Shown here: piece after piece, positions 61,075-64,000 of the stretch
Layout: each line of letters opens with the position of its first letter
Numbering within the stretch: position 1 is the first letter of the stretch
DNA from: Candidatus Cloacimonadales bacterium
Lineage (GTDB): Bacteria > Cloacimonadota > Cloacimonadia > Cloacimonadales > JAIOQZ01
Direction of reading: 5' to 3'
Assembly (NCBI GenBank): GCA_963674825.1
Contig: OY771587.1
Span: forward strand, 2,272,001 to 2,336,000
Length of the DNA stretch: 64,000 nt
Notes under the pieces: generated by a model
Told to the model about the DNA's origin: nothing
Database searches by the model: none
The model's input: only the letters and a program-made list of their open reading frames with translations
Position numbers and translations under genes: made by a program

Positions 61075-62388
61075 ATGAGTAAGAAAGTGTTAATCATGGG
61101 CGCTGCCGGTCGTGACTTCCACAATTTCAACGTCTATTATCGTGATAACAAGGACTATGAAGTTGTAGCATTCACCGCGACCCAGATTCCTGACATCGAT
61201 GGAAGAAAATACCCCGCCGAGCTGGCTGGTGAACTTTACCCGGAAGGTATTCCGATTTACGCTGAAGAAGACCTCGTAAAGCTGATCAAAGAAAACAACA
61301 TTGATCAGGTTGTCTTCTCTTACAGCGATGTCCCGCACGAAGTCGTTATGCACAAGGCTTCCCTGGTGAACGCTGTCGGCGCTGAATTCATTCTTCTTGG
61401 CGCACGTCAGACCCAGGTCAAAACCGACAAGCCGCTGGTCACCATCTGCGCGACCCGTACCGGCTGTGGTAAGAGCCAGACCACCCGCGCGGTTGTCAAA
61501 GCCCTCAAAGCCAAAGGTAAAAAAGTCGTCTCTATCCGTCACCCCATGCCTTACGGTGACCTCGTGGCTCAGAAAGTTCAGCGCTTCGCAGAACTCGAGG
61601 ACCTTAAGAAACACAAATGCACCATCGAAGAGATGGAAGAGTACGAACCGCATATCGCAATGGGCAGCGTGATTTACGCTGGTGTCGATTACGAAGCGAT
61701 TCTCCGCGAAGCTGAGAAAGAAGCCGACGTCATTATATGGGACGGCGGAAACAACGATATTTCTTTCTACTGCTCCGACAAGATGATCAACATCGTCGTC
61801 GTCGACCCGCATCGTCCGGGCCACGAAGTCAGCTATCATCCTGGCGAGACCAACCTCAACCTGGCAGACGTAGTCGTCATCAACAAGATCGACTCCGCCG
61901 ACATGGACGACATCCTCGAAGTGCGCGACAACATCCGCATGATCAACCCGGATGCTATCGTCATCGACGGCGCATCTCCGCTGACAGTTGACAAGCCCGA
62001 ACTGATCAAGGGCAAGAACGTCCTCGTCGTCGAAGACGGTCCTACCCTCACCCACGGTGAGATGACCTACGGCGCAGGCGTTGTCGCTGCTGAGAAATAC
62101 GGCTGCGAAGAACTCGTTGATCCGCGCGAATGGGCTGTCGGAACCATCGACGAAACCTTCATTAAATACCCTGAAATCGGTATCCTGCTCCCCGCAATGG
62201 GTTACGGCGACCAGCAGATTAAGGATCTCGAAGAGACCATCAACGCCGTCGAATGTGACGCCGTCGTTATCGCTACTCCGATCGACCTCAACCGCGTCTG
62301 CAAGATCGACAAGCCGACCGTCCGCGTCAGCTACGACCTTCAGGAAATTGGTGCTCCCACCATCGCGGATGTCCTTAAGGACTTCTAA
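61075..62388 (+). CDS. COG2403 P-loop protein (arginine synthetase ArcE-like; often annotated cDPG synthase or GTPase)
   Basis: GAAGRDFHNFN, TATQIP, TRTGCGKSQT, EEMEEYEPH, WDGGNND, VEDGPTLTHG. Confidence 0.8.
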   Translation: MSKKVLIMGAAGRDFHNFNVYYRDNKDYEVVAFTATQIPDIDGRKYPAELAGELYPEGIPIYAEEDLVKLIKENNIDQVVFSYSDVPHEVVMHKASLVNAVGAEFILLGARQTQVKTDKPLVTICATRTGCGKSQTTRAVVKALKAKGKKVVSIRHPMPYGDLVAQKVQRFAELEDLKKHKCTIEEMEEYEPHIAMGSVIYAGVDYEAILREAEKEADVIIWDGGNNDISFYCSDKMINIVVVDPHRPGHEVSYHPGETNLNLADVVVINKIDSADMDDILEVRDNIRMINPDAIVIDGASPLTVDKPELIKGKNVLVVEDGPTLTHGEMTYGAGVVAAEKYGCEELVDPREWAVGTIDETFIKYPEIGILLPAMGYGDQQIKDLEETINAVECDAVVIATPIDLNRVCKIDKPTVRVSYDLQEIGAPTIADVLKDF

Positions 62389-62410
62389 GCTATTATAGCT
62401 GATACATACG

Positions 62411-62440
62411 ACGCCCCTTCATACGGAGGGGCGTTTTTTT
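62411..62440 (+). terminator. Intrinsic terminator
   Basis: ACGCCCCTTC-ATAC-GGAGGGGCGT followed by a T run. Confidence 0.9.
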
Positions 62441-62505
62441 ATGGTGCGGTATTATGCTTTGCAAAACGCGCAGCTCAGCATGATACTGAGAATATGCTAT
62501 TTGCT

Positions 62506-62531
62506 GTAGGGGCAATCCACTGTGATTGCCC
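62506..62531 (+). repeat. GTAG-type REP hairpin, family A
   Basis: GTAGGGGCAATCCACTGTGATTGCCC. Confidence 0.75.
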
Positions 62532-62538
62532 TTCTCTT

Positions 62539-62565
62539 ATGGAGCGCGGACGTCCTCGTCCGCAT
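62539..62565. repeat. REP-like hairpin, family B (inverted orientation)
   Basis: ATGGAGCGCGGACGTCCTCGTCCGCAT. Confidence 0.8.
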
Positions 62566-62754
62566 GTTTTCCTGCCTAACCTTTGTTCCTGCGGTATAAT
62601 CATCTGGATGTGGCCAACGAAGCGAAGCTCTTCCGAATGTTGATGTCATGGGCAGTGGATGATTTTGAGGATACAGGTATGCCAAGCTATGGAAGATTCG
62701 ATTTATCAAACTGCGTCTGAGAATCACAGGGCTTGGCGCACCGTGGAGAGAAAA

Positions 62755-62780
62755 TTGCAGACGAGACGTCTGCGTACCCA
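62755..62780. repeat. REP-like hairpin, family B
   Basis: TTGCAGACG-AGA-CGTCTGC-GTACCCA. Confidence 0.7.
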
Positions 62781-62786
62781 GGACGG

Positions 62787-64000
62787 CTACAATCCTCGAT
62801 TCAGCCCCGAGTGCATGTAGAAGCCGTTTCGGAGCGGAAACTCGAAGTTTCGCATCGGTTGAAAGCGATCGAAGAAGGAACGGTTATCGGAGATGGTTTC
62901 GATATTCGCGCTATCGGACAGCCCGGAGCGGTGACGCGCGTAGCGAATGGCGTCTTCGAGGCCGCCGATCTCATCCGCGAGACCGCGCATCAGTAGCTCA
63001 TTACCTATCATCAATTCACCCTGCCCCAGTCGGTTCACCTCGATCATGGGAATATCCCGCGATGAGGAGATGCGCGTCAGCAATTGCCTGTAATAGACGC
63101 TGGTCATGTCCTGATAATTGCTGTCTGTTCCTCTATTTACGTTGAGTGTTTCTCCATTGATCTTCAGCTTGTTGAACAATCCGTCTGCGTCGAACCGGTA
63201 GGCGGTTGTTCCGAATCCACCGGAGATGGTGAAGTTGTCAGCAAACACCCGTTCTGCCGGAAGCGCCAAGTAGTACGCGCCCGATGTGCATATTCCGCTA
63301 CACGATACGATTACCGGCTTTCTACGGTTGAGCTCGCGGATGCGATTCCAGAGCGCTGTAACCGCCGCGACGTCGCCACCGCCGCTATCGATACGGATTA
63401 CAATAGCTTTGTAACGTCCGTTTTCAGCGCGGTCGAGCTCATCCATAATGGAATCAAGTCCAGCGATTTTTCCACCGAAAGCAGGGAGTGGGAGCAGGCA
63501 GTCGCGATCGTCGCCAGGGAGGATATTTCCTTCGATGGATATCAGTGCGATGCGCGATTCTTCAGACCAGTTATGCCGGTGCTTTGGCAGGTTCTTCAGG
63601 CCGGCAAGTTGCGGTTCAGGGAAGGGCTTGGATGGCTTGAGGAATCTTCGTGCGGAAGCGATGTAGCCCTCTTCGTCGATCAGCCCTGCTTCAAGCGCCT
63701 GGCTGGCGGTCATGGGAGCTGGAAGTTCTGAGGGAGATTTCTGCAATCCACGCGCTTCCATGAGTGTTTGGATGACGGTGGACATGGTCTCGGACCGCAG
63801 TCGCAAGAGCTGGGCTCTCGCCTCGGCGGAAAGCGAAGCTTCCGTAAGTGGTTCGTCGCCGAAGTTCTGATCACCCATCTGCCAGGTCTGGACGTCAATG
63901 TTCAACTCACTAAGGAGTCCGCCGAAAGAGAGAACGGTTTGTCCAGGATCGGAAAGATCGACGCAGGCGGCCGGAGAGACTACGATGTAATCTGCCGCTG
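62787..64000 (-). CDS. sppA: SppA (S49) signal peptide peptidase-like protein, 5' truncated by the window edge
   Basis: Frame is open to the edge (AADYIVVSP...); IRIDSGGG, CTSGAYYLA, GLADEIGGLEDAI. Confidence 0.75.
   Translation of the reverse strand, partial: AADYIVVSPAACVDLSDPGQTVLSFGGLLSELNIDVQTWQMGDQNFGDEPLTEASLSAEARAQLLRLRSETMSTVIQTLMEARGLQKSPSELPAPMTASQALEAGLIDEEGYIASARRFLKPSKPFPEPQLAGLKNLPKHRHNWSEESRIALISIEGNILPGDDRDCLLPLPAFGGKIAGLDSIMDELDRAENGRYKAIVIRIDSGGGDVAAVTALWNRIRELNRRKPVIVSCSGICTSGAYYLALPAERVFADNFTISGGFGTTAYRFDADGLFNKLKINGETLNVNRGTDSNYQDMTSVYYRQLLTRISSSRDIPMIEVNRLGQGELMIGNELLMRGLADEIGGLEDAIRYARHRSGLSDSANIETISDNRSFFDRFQPMRNFEFPLRNGFYMHSGLNRGL

Noticed and set aside
61090..62055. 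321 aa minus-strand ORF
   Set aside because: Antisense shadow of the codon-biased COG2403 gene.

Overview
A 64 kb bacterial chromosomal window, most likely from the FCB superphylum and probably Ca. Cloacimonadota. This is inferred from PorV, T9SS/FlgD-type C-terminal domains, many peptidases and the methylmalonyl-CoA mutase operon. Most genes lie on the minus strand. Housekeeping genes include recJ, secDF, coaD, uvrC, murJ, mutAB-meaB, tRNA-Leu(CAA), pepF and aminopeptidase P. Five less ordinary features stand out. (1) A ~13.7 kb module bracketed by two ~170 bp structured direct repeats carries a TPR histidine kinase, a sigma-54 activator, a perfect -24/-12 promoter with candidate enhancer repeats, a small pseudo-receiver-like protein and a ~3050 aa secreted protein with a possible pore-forming-like core. 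(2) An isoprenoid lipid cluster has an unannotated 57 aa ferredoxin, an archaeal-type geranylgeranyl reductase, a polyprenol kinase and a GT2. (3) An operon joins PorV, an M6 protease and three tandem paralogous envelope proteins. (4) A COG2403 protein is a candidate arginine synthetase ArcE. (5) Two families of REP-like hairpins with covarying stems are scattered through intergenic regions. No CRISPR array, integrase or transposase was seen. All calls come from motif recognition by eye; no database search was run.
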